A stretch of 64,000 bases of DNA from Woeseiaceae bacterium (GTDB lineage: Bacteria > Pseudomonadota > Gammaproteobacteria > Steroidobacterales > Woeseiaceae). Below, piece by piece: positions 20,969-28,343 of the stretch. The first letter of the stretch is position 1, and every line of letters starts with the position of its first letter. The DNA is taken from assembly GCA_041574455.1 (NCBI GenBank), contig JBFFOM010000006.1:1037-65036 (forward strand). The letters are read 5' to 3'. Made by a program: the position numbers and the translations under genes. Below the pieces are notes generated by a model, which saw only the letters and a program-made list of their open reading frames with translations, did not search any database and was not told the DNA's origin.

Positions 20969-21489
20969 TGGAAAACTGGCGGCTCGAGACCGAACGACTC
21001 GTCCTGCGTCGCGTGACGCTGGACGACGCCGACCTGATGCTCGCGGTCTGGAACGATCCGGCATTCGTGCGCAACGTCGGCGATCGGGGCGTCCGCACCC
21101 CGGAACAGGCGCACGAGGCCATGGAGGCCGGCGCGCTCAAGCTGTATGTCGACTACGGCTACGGCCCCTACGCGATGGTTCTACGCGCGACCGGGGAGCG
21201 TATCGGCATCTGCGGCCTGTTCAAACGCGACAACCTCGAGCACCCGGACATCGGGTTTGCCGTTCTCCCCGATCATTGCGGCAAGGGCTTTGCCGGAGAG
21301 GCCGCCTTTGCTGTTCTCGCGCACGCCCGCAACGATCTTCGCCTTGGTGAGCTGACGGCGATCGTGTCCCCGGGCAATGCCCCGTCCATCGGGCTGATCG
21401 AAAAGCTCGGGCTCGCATTCAGCGAAATGATTAGAATGCCGGGGGACGACGAGGACATCTGCCTCTACAGCAAGACTTTGATCGAGTAG
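20968..21489 (+). CDS. GNAT family N-acetyltransferase (RimJ/RimL-like)
   Basis: GTG start sharing one nucleotide with the upstream TAG stop. RLVLRRVTLDDADLMLAVWNDP and GKGFAGEA motifs of the GNAT fold. The upstream 51 codons of the track ORF overlap the methyltransferase. Confidence 0.8.
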   Translation: MENWRLETERLVLRRVTLDDADLMLAVWNDPAFVRNVGDRGVRTPEQAHEAMEAGALKLYVDYGYGPYAMVLRATGERIGICGLFKRDNLEHPDIGFAVLPDHCGKGFAGEAAFAVLAHARNDLRLGELTAIVSPGNAPSIGLIEKLGLAFSEMIRMPGDDEDICLYSKTLIE

Positions 21490-21493
21490 ACAT

Positions 21494-21982
21494 ATGGAGT
21501 TTTTCAAGAGCGACGGCGCGCGCACCGGGCTGTTCTTCGGTGCGACGTCAGGCGTTATCACTACGATCGGCCTGATCGTTGGGCTTAATGCCGGCACGCA
21601 GTCGATCATAGCGGTGCTCGGTGGCATCCTCGTTATCGCCGTTGCCGATGCGATGTCCGATGCGCTGGGCATCCATCTCGCTGAGGAGTCCGACCCTGAT
21701 ACGGACCACCAACACGTGTGGTCGGCAACGATAATGACTTTTGTCACCAAGTTCGTATTCTCGATCAGTTTCGCGATTCCGCTGCTCCTGCTGCCGCTGG
21801 GCCCGGCCGTAATCGCGTCCGTCGTCTGGGGGCTGTTCGTGATCGTGGTACTCAGCTATTTCCTGGCAAAGTCCCAGGGCGAGTCGCCACTCTTCATCAT
21901 CGGTGAGCACCTCGCCATCGCCGTTCTCGTAATCGTCTTTTCGCACTACATCGGTGTCTGGGTAGCGGCAACGTTCGCCTAG
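21494..21982 (+). CDS. Small polytopic membrane protein, possibly VIT1/CCC1-like
   Basis: 162 aa with 4-5 hydrophobic helices. The GATSGVITTIGLIVGLNAGT segment resembles VIT-family helices. Family assignment is tentative. Confidence 0.6.
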   Translation: MEFFKSDGARTGLFFGATSGVITTIGLIVGLNAGTQSIIAVLGGILVIAVADAMSDALGIHLAEESDPDTDHQHVWSATIMTFVTKFVFSISFAIPLLLLPLGPAVIASVVWGLFVIVVLSYFLAKSQGESPLFIIGEHLAIAVLVIVFSHYIGVWVAATFA

Positions 21983-21992
21983 GAGGTGACCC

Positions 21993-22397
21993 ATGGGACA
22001 AGCTGTCAGGCTCGCGTCGAACTTCGTCGTTCTGAATGACAACTTGCTGGCGGATGTTGTCGAGGTCAGACCCGACCTCTACGAGCGCCTCGACCGGGAC
22101 TACGGAAACTCCGCTGGACATTTGCTGATCGCGAGCCATGCGTTCGATGATGACTGGCCGACCTGGGAAGTTCATCCCGCAGGCGATGAGATCGTGGTTC
22201 TTGTGTCGGGCGACGTGGACCTGGTCCTGGCCCGCGCGGATGGTGATGACGTAACACGCATGACCGAGCCCGGTACTTTTGCCATCGTGCCGCAGAATAC
22301 GTGGCACACGGCACGTATCCGGCACCATTCTGTCATGATGTTCATAACGCCTGGCGAGGGTACGGAGAATCGCGAAGTACGCCGACGGGGCGAATGA
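21993..22397 (+). CDS. Cupin domain protein
   Basis: 134 aa. WEVHPAGDEIVVLVSGDVDLVL ... FAIVPQNTWHTA matches the two cupin motifs. Confidence 0.75.
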   Translation: MGQAVRLASNFVVLNDNLLADVVEVRPDLYERLDRDYGNSAGHLLIASHAFDDDWPTWEVHPAGDEIVVLVSGDVDLVLARADGDDVTRMTEPGTFAIVPQNTWHTARIRHHSVMMFITPGEGTENREVRRRGE

Positions 22398-22406
22398 TAG
22401 GATGAG

Positions 22407-22781
22407 GTGGCTATGAGGCCCGAGAATCGTATCGACTACATTGAGATCCCTGTTACCGACCTGCCGCGCGCGCGGGCATTTTTCGAAGCCATGTTCGGCT
22501 GGCAATTCCAGGAATGGGGTGACGAGTATTACAGTTTCAATGACGGGCGGCTCGACGGCGGCTTGCGCAAGTCGGAGGCGCCGGTCCCGACCAACAGTGT
22601 GCTGCTGGTCTTCTACAGTGACGACCTCGAGCGTGACGTCGAGAGGGTAAAGGAACACGGCGGCACGATCAGCCAGGAGATCTTCTTTTTTCCTGGCGGC
22701 CGGCGTTTTCATTTCATCGACCCGGTCGGCACCGAGTTTGCCCTCTGGTCGGAAACCGCAAAAGAACAAGAAGAGAGCTGA
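22407..22781 (+). CDS. VOC (glyoxalase/bleomycin-resistance/dioxygenase) family protein
   Basis: 124 aa. IDYIEIPVTDLPRARAFFEAMFGW and GGRRFHFIDPVGTEFALW are typical VOC beta-alpha-beta-beta-beta modules. Confidence 0.8.
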   Translation: MAMRPENRIDYIEIPVTDLPRARAFFEAMFGWQFQEWGDEYYSFNDGRLDGGLRKSEAPVPTNSVLLVFYSDDLERDVERVKEHGGTISQEIFFFPGGRRFHFIDPVGTEFALWSETAKEQEES

Positions 22782-22783
22782 GT

Positions 22784-23410
22784 ATGGCCATACTGATCGA
22801 TCACCCTTGCGTACAGCACAAGCTCGCGATCGTCCGCAACGCGGAGACGGGACACAAGCGCTTTCGCGAACTTTCGAAAGAGATTACGCAATTCATTTGC
22901 TACGAAGCGTTGAAGAACGTGCAGACGAAGGAAGTGCTGGTGGAGACGCCGGTAGCGACGGCGACCTGCCGGATGATCGATTCCGACCTCGTTGTCATTC
23001 CGATATTGCGTGCGGGCGTCGGTATGCTGGACGGTATCCTCGAACTCGTCCCCACGGCCCGCGTAGGATTCGTCGGGCTGTATCGTGACGAGGAGACCAA
23101 GCGGCCCGTCACCTACTACCAACGCTTCCCGCTGCAGATCAGGGGTGGCACTTGCATTATCATCGACCCGATGCTGGCGACCGGCGGCTCGACCAACGCC
23201 GCGATCGATCTGCTCAAGAAGAACGGTGCCGAGAACATTGTCGTCATCTGCATCGTGACCTGCCCGGAGGGCATCGCGACGGTTGAGACGGAACACCCAG
23301 ACGTCAAGATCTTCGCGGCAGCAATCGACGACTGTCTGAATGACAAGAAGTACATCGTTCCCGGCCTTGGCGACGCCGGTGACCGGCTGTTCGGGACATC
23401 GCAGCATTAG
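22784..23410 (+). CDS. upp: Uracil phosphoribosyltransferase
   Basis: 208 aa. HPCVQHKLAIVRN, the IIDPMLATGGS PRPP-binding loop, and YIVPGLGDAGDRLFGT C-terminus are canonical Upp. Confidence 0.95.
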   Translation: MAILIDHPCVQHKLAIVRNAETGHKRFRELSKEITQFICYEALKNVQTKEVLVETPVATATCRMIDSDLVVIPILRAGVGMLDGILELVPTARVGFVGLYRDEETKRPVTYYQRFPLQIRGGTCIIIDPMLATGGSTNAAIDLLKKNGAENIVVICIVTCPEGIATVETEHPDVKIFAAAIDDCLNDKKYIVPGLGDAGDRLFGTSQH

Positions 23411-23452
23411 GGACTGTCATGCTGAAACATTACGAGAGCTGGTGAGATTGCG

Positions 23453-23923
23453 ATGGGCGGGGAAATCCTCGGTTCACGACTGGAGGGCACGACGCTTGTC
23501 GTCAAGACGGCAGATGGCGATAAGGTCTACGACTCGAAGTTCCTCGTTGCGGCGTTACTGGTCTTCGTGGCGCGCGGCAGCGGCAGAATCGAACCCGAGG
23601 AGTCGGGCCGGATGATTCAGCTTATCGAGGAGCACTTCCACCTGCACGGTGCCGAGTCGCTGGAGCTGATCACTTACGCGATGGCCGAGATGGCCGAGAT
23701 GCCTACGCTAGCCGAATTGCTCGCGGATCTCGGCAAGACGCTCTCAGACGGCGACAAGGAAGACATAGCGCTGATGGGCCTCAAGGTGGTTGCGGCCGAT
23801 GGCAGCCGCCAGTTTTCGGAAATGGAGCAGTTCAATCGCGCCATGGAGGGCCTCGGGATATCGCCCGAGATCGTGCATCGTGCTTTCGATCGTTACTTTG
23901 CCGAAACCATGCCCGGCGAATGA
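23453..23923 (+). CDS. TerB-like / co-chaperone DjlA N-terminal-like domain protein
   Basis: 156 aa. Two helical repeats (ALLVFVARGSGRIEPEESGRMIQLIEEHF and LMGLKVVAADGSRQFSEMEQFNRAMEGLGI) fit the TerB-fold pattern. Assignment is tentative. Confidence 0.55.
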   Translation: MGGEILGSRLEGTTLVVKTADGDKVYDSKFLVAALLVFVARGSGRIEPEESGRMIQLIEEHFHLHGAESLELITYAMAEMAEMPTLAELLADLGKTLSDGDKEDIALMGLKVVAADGSRQFSEMEQFNRAMEGLGISPEIVHRAFDRYFAETMPGE

Positions 23924-24039
23924 GAAAGCAGACACAAGGGGCAAGTATGAGAGTACTGGGAACGCCGTTTTGCGCCGTCGCACCGGGGGAATTGAGCATC
24001 AGCTTCCAGGAAGCAGCGGACCGGGCGGAGTAGGTCAGG

Positions 24040-25221
24040 ATGCAGGCGACGATTCGGAATTTCCTGCGCCTCGAATCGGCCGGCGGCATCGTACTTATGG
24101 CGACGGCCGTCCTGGCTATGATTGCCGCCAACACCGGTGCCGCCGGGCTGTACCAGCTGTTCATCGAGACGCCGGTCGAGATCCGTATCGGTGCGCTGCA
24201 GATCGCCAAACCGCTGTTCCTGTGGGTGAATGACGGACTCATGGCGATTTTCTTCTTCCTGGTAGGTCTCGAGCTCAAACGCGAAATCCTCGAGGGTGAA
24301 CTGTCCCGCCCCGCTAACGTCATGCTGCCGGCCATCGGTGCCGTAGGCGGGATGGTCGTTCCGGTAGCGATCTTTATCGCGCTGAACCAGGGCGATGCGG
24401 CAGCGATGCGGGGCTGGGCGATCCCGGCCGCAACGGACATCGCCTTCGCGCTCGGCATTCTCGGGCTGCTCGGATCACGCGTGCCGGTATCGCTGAAGGT
24501 ATTCCTCGTGACACTGGCGATATTCGATGATCTCGGCGCGATCATCATCATCGCGATCTTCTACTCGGCCGATCTCTCGTTCAATGCGCTGCTCGTTGCG
24601 ATCGCCTGCCTGGCAGTGCTCGCGTTGATGAGCTGGCGGCGTGTAATGAGTATTTCTTCGTTCGTGCTCGTGGGTCTCATCATGTGGACAGCCGTCCTGA
24701 AATCGGGCGTTCATGCCACGCTGGCCGGAGTGGCGCTTGCCGCTTTCATCCCGATGCGTGACCCGTCCCAGCCCGACCACTCACCGTTGCGCGAACTCGA
24801 GCACGACCTTCACCAGGTCGTGGCATTCGGCGTGCTGCCACTGTTTGCGTTCGTCAACGCCGGCATCGATCTCGGTGGGGTCAGCGTCGCAGGCGTGTTC
24901 CACGGCGTGCCGCTGGGCATCGCGGCAGGCCTGTTCATCGGTAAACAGCTCGGCATCTTCGTTCTCTGCGCCATCGCGATCAAGCTGGGGCTGGCGCGAT
25001 TGCCGGACGGCGCGAGCTGGGGCGGGCTCTACGGCGTGTCGATCCTGTGCGGCGTCGGTTTCACAATGAGTCTCTTCATAGGGACCCTGGCCTTTGAAAA
25101 CGTGGCGCTCGACACGGCCATGGTATTTGATGAGCGCCTCGGGATCATTCTCGGCTCGCTGTTGTCCGGGATCATGGGCTACGTCGTGTTGCGTATCGCG
25201 CTGCGTAACAGGAGCGCATGA
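24040..25221 (+). CDS. nhaA: Na+/H+ antiporter NhaA
   Basis: 393 aa. FLRLESAGGIVLMATAVLAMIAANT, WVNDGLMAIFFFLVGLELKRE and the AIFDDLGAIIIIA (DD motif) are canonical NhaA. Confidence 0.95.
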   Translation: MQATIRNFLRLESAGGIVLMATAVLAMIAANTGAAGLYQLFIETPVEIRIGALQIAKPLFLWVNDGLMAIFFFLVGLELKREILEGELSRPANVMLPAIGAVGGMVVPVAIFIALNQGDAAAMRGWAIPAATDIAFALGILGLLGSRVPVSLKVFLVTLAIFDDLGAIIIIAIFYSADLSFNALLVAIACLAVLALMSWRRVMSISSFVLVGLIMWTAVLKSGVHATLAGVALAAFIPMRDPSQPDHSPLRELEHDLHQVVAFGVLPLFAFVNAGIDLGGVSVAGVFHGVPLGIAAGLFIGKQLGIFVLCAIAIKLGLARLPDGASWGGLYGVSILCGVGFTMSLFIGTLAFENVALDTAMVFDERLGIILGSLLSGIMGYVVLRIALRNRSA

Positions 25222-25721
25222 GTTTTCGGGTGTTGCACGAAGACGACTGGTCGCTGAGTCCGGCGACGGATAACGATATCGACGCCGTCATGGCCTGGTT
25301 CCCTGATGCAGAAGCAGTGAACGTGTGGGGTGGCCCGGCCTTCCGGTATCCGTTTACCGGCGAGACCTTCCGTCAAGACTGCCAGCTGGATCTGACCGAA
25401 AGCTACTGCCTGTGGGCCGCCACCGGCGGCCTCGCGGCTTTCGGCCAGAGTTATGAGCGTCACGGACGCGGCCATCTTGCCCGCCTCGTGTCCAATCCCG
25501 CGATGCGCCGGCGTGGCGCCGGCAGGCAACTGATTCGCATGATCCTGGCATCCCTGGATCAGCGCCATGGGTACGACGAGTATTCGCTGTTCGTGTTTCG
25601 CGACAACCAGCCGGCGTACCAGTGCTACCTGTCCCTCGGGTTTGTCGTTCAGGAGTATCCGAGCGACGCCCCGATGCCGGACAGGTGCTATTTCCTGACA
25701 AAGAAGAGGAGAGAACGATGA
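25218..25721 (+). CDS. GNAT family N-acetyltransferase
   Basis: 167 aa. ATGA overlap with nhaA; RRRGAGRQLI acetyl-CoA loop (R/Q-x-x-G-x-G/A). Confidence 0.75.
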   Translation: MSFRVLHEDDWSLSPATDNDIDAVMAWFPDAEAVNVWGGPAFRYPFTGETFRQDCQLDLTESYCLWAATGGLAAFGQSYERHGRGHLARLVSNPAMRRRGAGRQLIRMILASLDQRHGYDEYSLFVFRDNQPAYQCYLSLGFVVQEYPSDAPMPDRCYFLTKKRRER

Positions 25722-26104
25722 CACCGGAACTAACGAGTCTTACCTGGGTTGCCGCACTGTCGGCAATCATGTGGATTCCCTATGTTTTCAATACGATCAT
25801 GGTCCGCGGCCTGGTAGACGCCGTCGGCTACCCGGCGGATCCGAAACCGCTGGCGGCCTGGGCGCAGCGCATGAAAGCAGCGCACTACAACTCGGTGGAG
25901 AATCTCGTGCTGTTCGCGACGCTCGTACTGGTTGCGCACGCCGCCGGCGTCAGCAACGCAACTACCGTGCTCGTCTGCCAGGTCTACTTCTGGGCACGCG
26001 TCGTTCACCTCGTGTCTTACACACTCGGCATCCCGTGGGTTCGCACGTTGTCATTCGTCGCCGGGTGGATCAGCTGCGTCGCACTCCTGTTCGAACTACT
26101 TTAG
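25718..26104 (+). CDS. MAPEG family membrane protein
   Basis: Internal ATG (ATGA overlap with the GNAT stop) gives a 128-aa protein with 3-4 helices. AHYNSVENLVLFATLVL resembles the MAPEG N-x-x-E-x motif region. Confidence 0.7.
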   Translation: MTPELTSLTWVAALSAIMWIPYVFNTIMVRGLVDAVGYPADPKPLAAWAQRMKAAHYNSVENLVLFATLVLVAHAAGVSNATTVLVCQVYFWARVVHLVSYTLGIPWVRTLSFVAGWISCVALLFELL

Positions 26105-27997
26105 GAAAGATTCCTGCAGCGTTTCGAGCTCGCCCCACCGCTCGATGCGCTGCTCGAGCAGGGACTCGGTCGTGCTGAGTTCCTGGAGCTTTTCCTGTAC
26201 GAGCGCCGCGTCCCGGGTATAGAAGTCGGGCGCGGCGATCGTCTCCTGTAGTGCCGCGATGTCAGCTTCGAGCTGTTCGATCTCCGTTGGCAGGCCGTCC
26301 AGCTCACGCTGGTCCTTGTAGCTCAGCTTGTTCTGCATGCGCTTCCTGCGGCGCTCTGCGGCCTCGTTTTTCTTGCGCCCTTCCTCGTACGGGTTGTCGG
26401 TGACCGCCAGTTCGTGGCCGCGTCGTGCCCAGTCACTGTAGCCCCCCACGTATTCCTGCACTTTGCCGTCTTCTTCAAAGACGATCGTGCTCGTCACGAC
26501 GTTATCGAGGAAGTCCCGGTCATGGCTGACGACGATGAGCGTGCCCGCGTAATCGCATAGTTTCTGCTCGAGCACTTCGAGCGTTTCGATATCGAGATCG
26601 TTGGTCGGCTCGTCGAGGACCAGAAGGTTGGCGGGTCGCGTGAACAGCTTGGCCAGGATCACCCTGTTGCGTTCGCCGCCCGACAGGGCCTTGACCTTCA
26701 TCGTGGAGCGTTTGGGACTGAACAGGAATCCCTTGAGGTAACCGACGACGTGTCGATCCTTGCCGTTGAGCTTGATGTAGGTTCTTCCTTCGCCGACGTT
26801 GTAGGCAACGGATTTCTCCAGGTCGAGTTCCTCGCGCAGCTGGTCGAAATAGCCAACCTCGAGCCCGGTGCCGAGCTTCAGCGTCCCGGTCTGCGGTTCG
26901 AGTTCACCGAGCAGCAGCCGCAGCAACGTGGTTTTGCCGACGCCGTTATTGCCGATGAGACCGATGCGATCGCCGCGCATGAGCTTGATCGAGAAGTTGC
27001 TGATGACCTGCTCGTCGCCATAGCTGTAGCTGATGTTTTTCGCGCGGATGACCTTGCGCCCTGACTGTTCGGCTTCCTCGATGTGAATTCGCGCCTTCGA
27101 TTCACGCGTCATGCGTTCGGCGCGTTCCTCACGCATCTTCATCAGTGCCCGGACGCGACCCTCGTTGCGCCGGCGTCGGGCCTTGATCCCCTGGCGTATC
27201 CACGCCTCCTCCTCGGCCAGTTTCTTGTCGAATTTCACCTCGGCCGTGATCTCGTCTTCGACCGCTTTTTCCTTGCGTCTCAAGAAGTTGGCGTAGTCAC
27301 CGGGCCAGCTGGTGAGCTTGCCCCGGTCGATTTCGACGATGCGCGTTGCAAGTCGCTGCAGGAAGGCGCGGTCGTGGGTGATGAACAGGACGGCGCCGTC
27401 GTAATTGTAGACCCGGTCCTCGAGCCACCTGATCGTCGCGATGTCGAGGTGATTGGTCGGTTCGTCGAGCAGCAGCAGGTCCGGCTTCTGAACGAGTGCC
27501 TTGGCAAGGGCGACGCGCCGGCGCCAGCCACCAGACAGTTCGTTCATCTTCTTGTTGGCCGGGAGCTTCAGGTCTGTGATGATTTTCTCGACACGCTGGT
27601 CGAGGTGCCAGCCATCATGTATGTCGATCCGCGCGTGCAGTTCCTCGAGTTCGCGAAGCCCGGGCTTGTCGAGGTCAAGCTTCGACTTGCGGGCGTATTC
27701 CTCGAGCAGCGCCTCGATTTGCGTCAGGCCGTCGCGGATGACGTCGTTGACGTACTGGTCCATTGCCTCGGGCAGGTTTTGTTCGAGCTGGCTGACAATC
27801 AGGTGGTGACTGGCCGTAATCTCGCCGCGATCAGCTTCGATCTCACCAGTGATGAGACGGAATGTCGACGACTTGCCGGCGCCATTACGGCCGATCAGGC
27901 AGACGCGCTCGCCGGTCTCGATCGAGAACTCGGCGTCGCGCAGAATGAGCTGGTCGCCAAATTCGAGGCAGACATCATCGAAGCGAAGCAGTGACAT
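26096..27997 (-). CDS. uup: ABC-F family ATPase Uup
   Basis: Start moved to MSLLRFDDVCLEFGD... (633 aa). Two ABC cassettes (GRNGAGKSS and GNNGVGKTT Walker A, two LSGG signatures), a WIRQGIKARRRRNEGRVRAL linker and a C-terminal coiled coil are collinear with E. coli Uup as recalled. Confidence 0.92.
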   Translation of the reverse strand: MSLLRFDDVCLEFGDQLILRDAEFSIETGERVCLIGRNGAGKSSTFRLITGEIEADRGEITASHHLIVSQLEQNLPEAMDQYVNDVIRDGLTQIEALLEEYARKSKLDLDKPGLRELEELHARIDIHDGWHLDQRVEKIITDLKLPANKKMNELSGGWRRRVALAKALVQKPDLLLLDEPTNHLDIATIRWLEDRVYNYDGAVLFITHDRAFLQRLATRIVEIDRGKLTSWPGDYANFLRRKEKAVEDEITAEVKFDKKLAEEEAWIRQGIKARRRRNEGRVRALMKMREERAERMTRESKARIHIEEAEQSGRKVIRAKNISYSYGDEQVISNFSIKLMRGDRIGLIGNNGVGKTTLLRLLLGELEPQTGTLKLGTGLEVGYFDQLREELDLEKSVAYNVGEGRTYIKLNGKDRHVVGYLKGFLFSPKRSTMKVKALSGGERNRVILAKLFTRPANLLVLDEPTNDLDIETLEVLEQKLCDYAGTLIVVSHDRDFLDNVVTSTIVFEEDGKVQEYVGGYSDWARRGHELAVTDNPYEEGRKKNEAAERRRKRMQNKLSYKDQRELDGLPTEIEQLEADIAALQETIAAPDFYTRDAALVQEKLQELSTTESLLEQRIERWGELETLQESFLK

Positions 27998-28060
27998 GGG
28001 AAGTTCCGGGGTGTTGGCGTGTATCCTACCTGATATGAAGACCGCGAACAGGGAACGCCG

Positions 28061-28267
28061 ATGAGCGAAGAGCGTTTTGTCGAACTCGAATCGAGACTCG
28101 CCCACCAGGACCAGATGCTCCACGAACTGAACGAGGTGCTGACCTCGCAGCAGGCGCAGCTGATGCAGCTCGAGGAGCTGTGCCGCTCACTTGTTGCTCG
28201 CGTCCGCTCGCTCGGCGAGGGGATGCCGGCGGGTGATCCGGCCGACGAGCGACCGCCGCACTACTGA
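28061..28267 (+). CDS. slyX: SlyX family protein
   Basis: 68 aa coiled coil. LESRLAHQDQMLHELNEVL and the terminal PPHY are hallmarks of SlyX. Divergent from uup. Confidence 0.85.
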   Translation: MSEERFVELESRLAHQDQMLHELNEVLTSQQAQLMQLEELCRSLVARVRSLGEGMPAGDPADERPPHY

Positions 28268-28290
28268 TTTGCGACATGCATTAACCCCGG

Positions 28291-28318
28291 TTCCACGCCT
28301 GCTGCGTTGGCGTATAGT
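28291..28318 (+). promoter_or_regulatory. Putative sigma70-type promoter for the 1347-aa ORF
   Basis: TTCCAC (28291-28296), a 16-nt spacer, then TATAGT (28313-28318), 26 nt upstream of the ATG. GGAG lies about 9 nt before the start. Pattern match by eye only. Confidence 0.3.
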
Positions 28319-28343
28319 GTCAGTGTAGAGCCGGAGAAAAACG

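Noticed and set aside
23453-23923. TerB-like protein considered as part of a tellurite-resistance or stress island
   Set aside because: No terA/C/D/E/Z or other ter genes are nearby. The flanks are upp and nhaA. It is a single small TerB-fold protein only.
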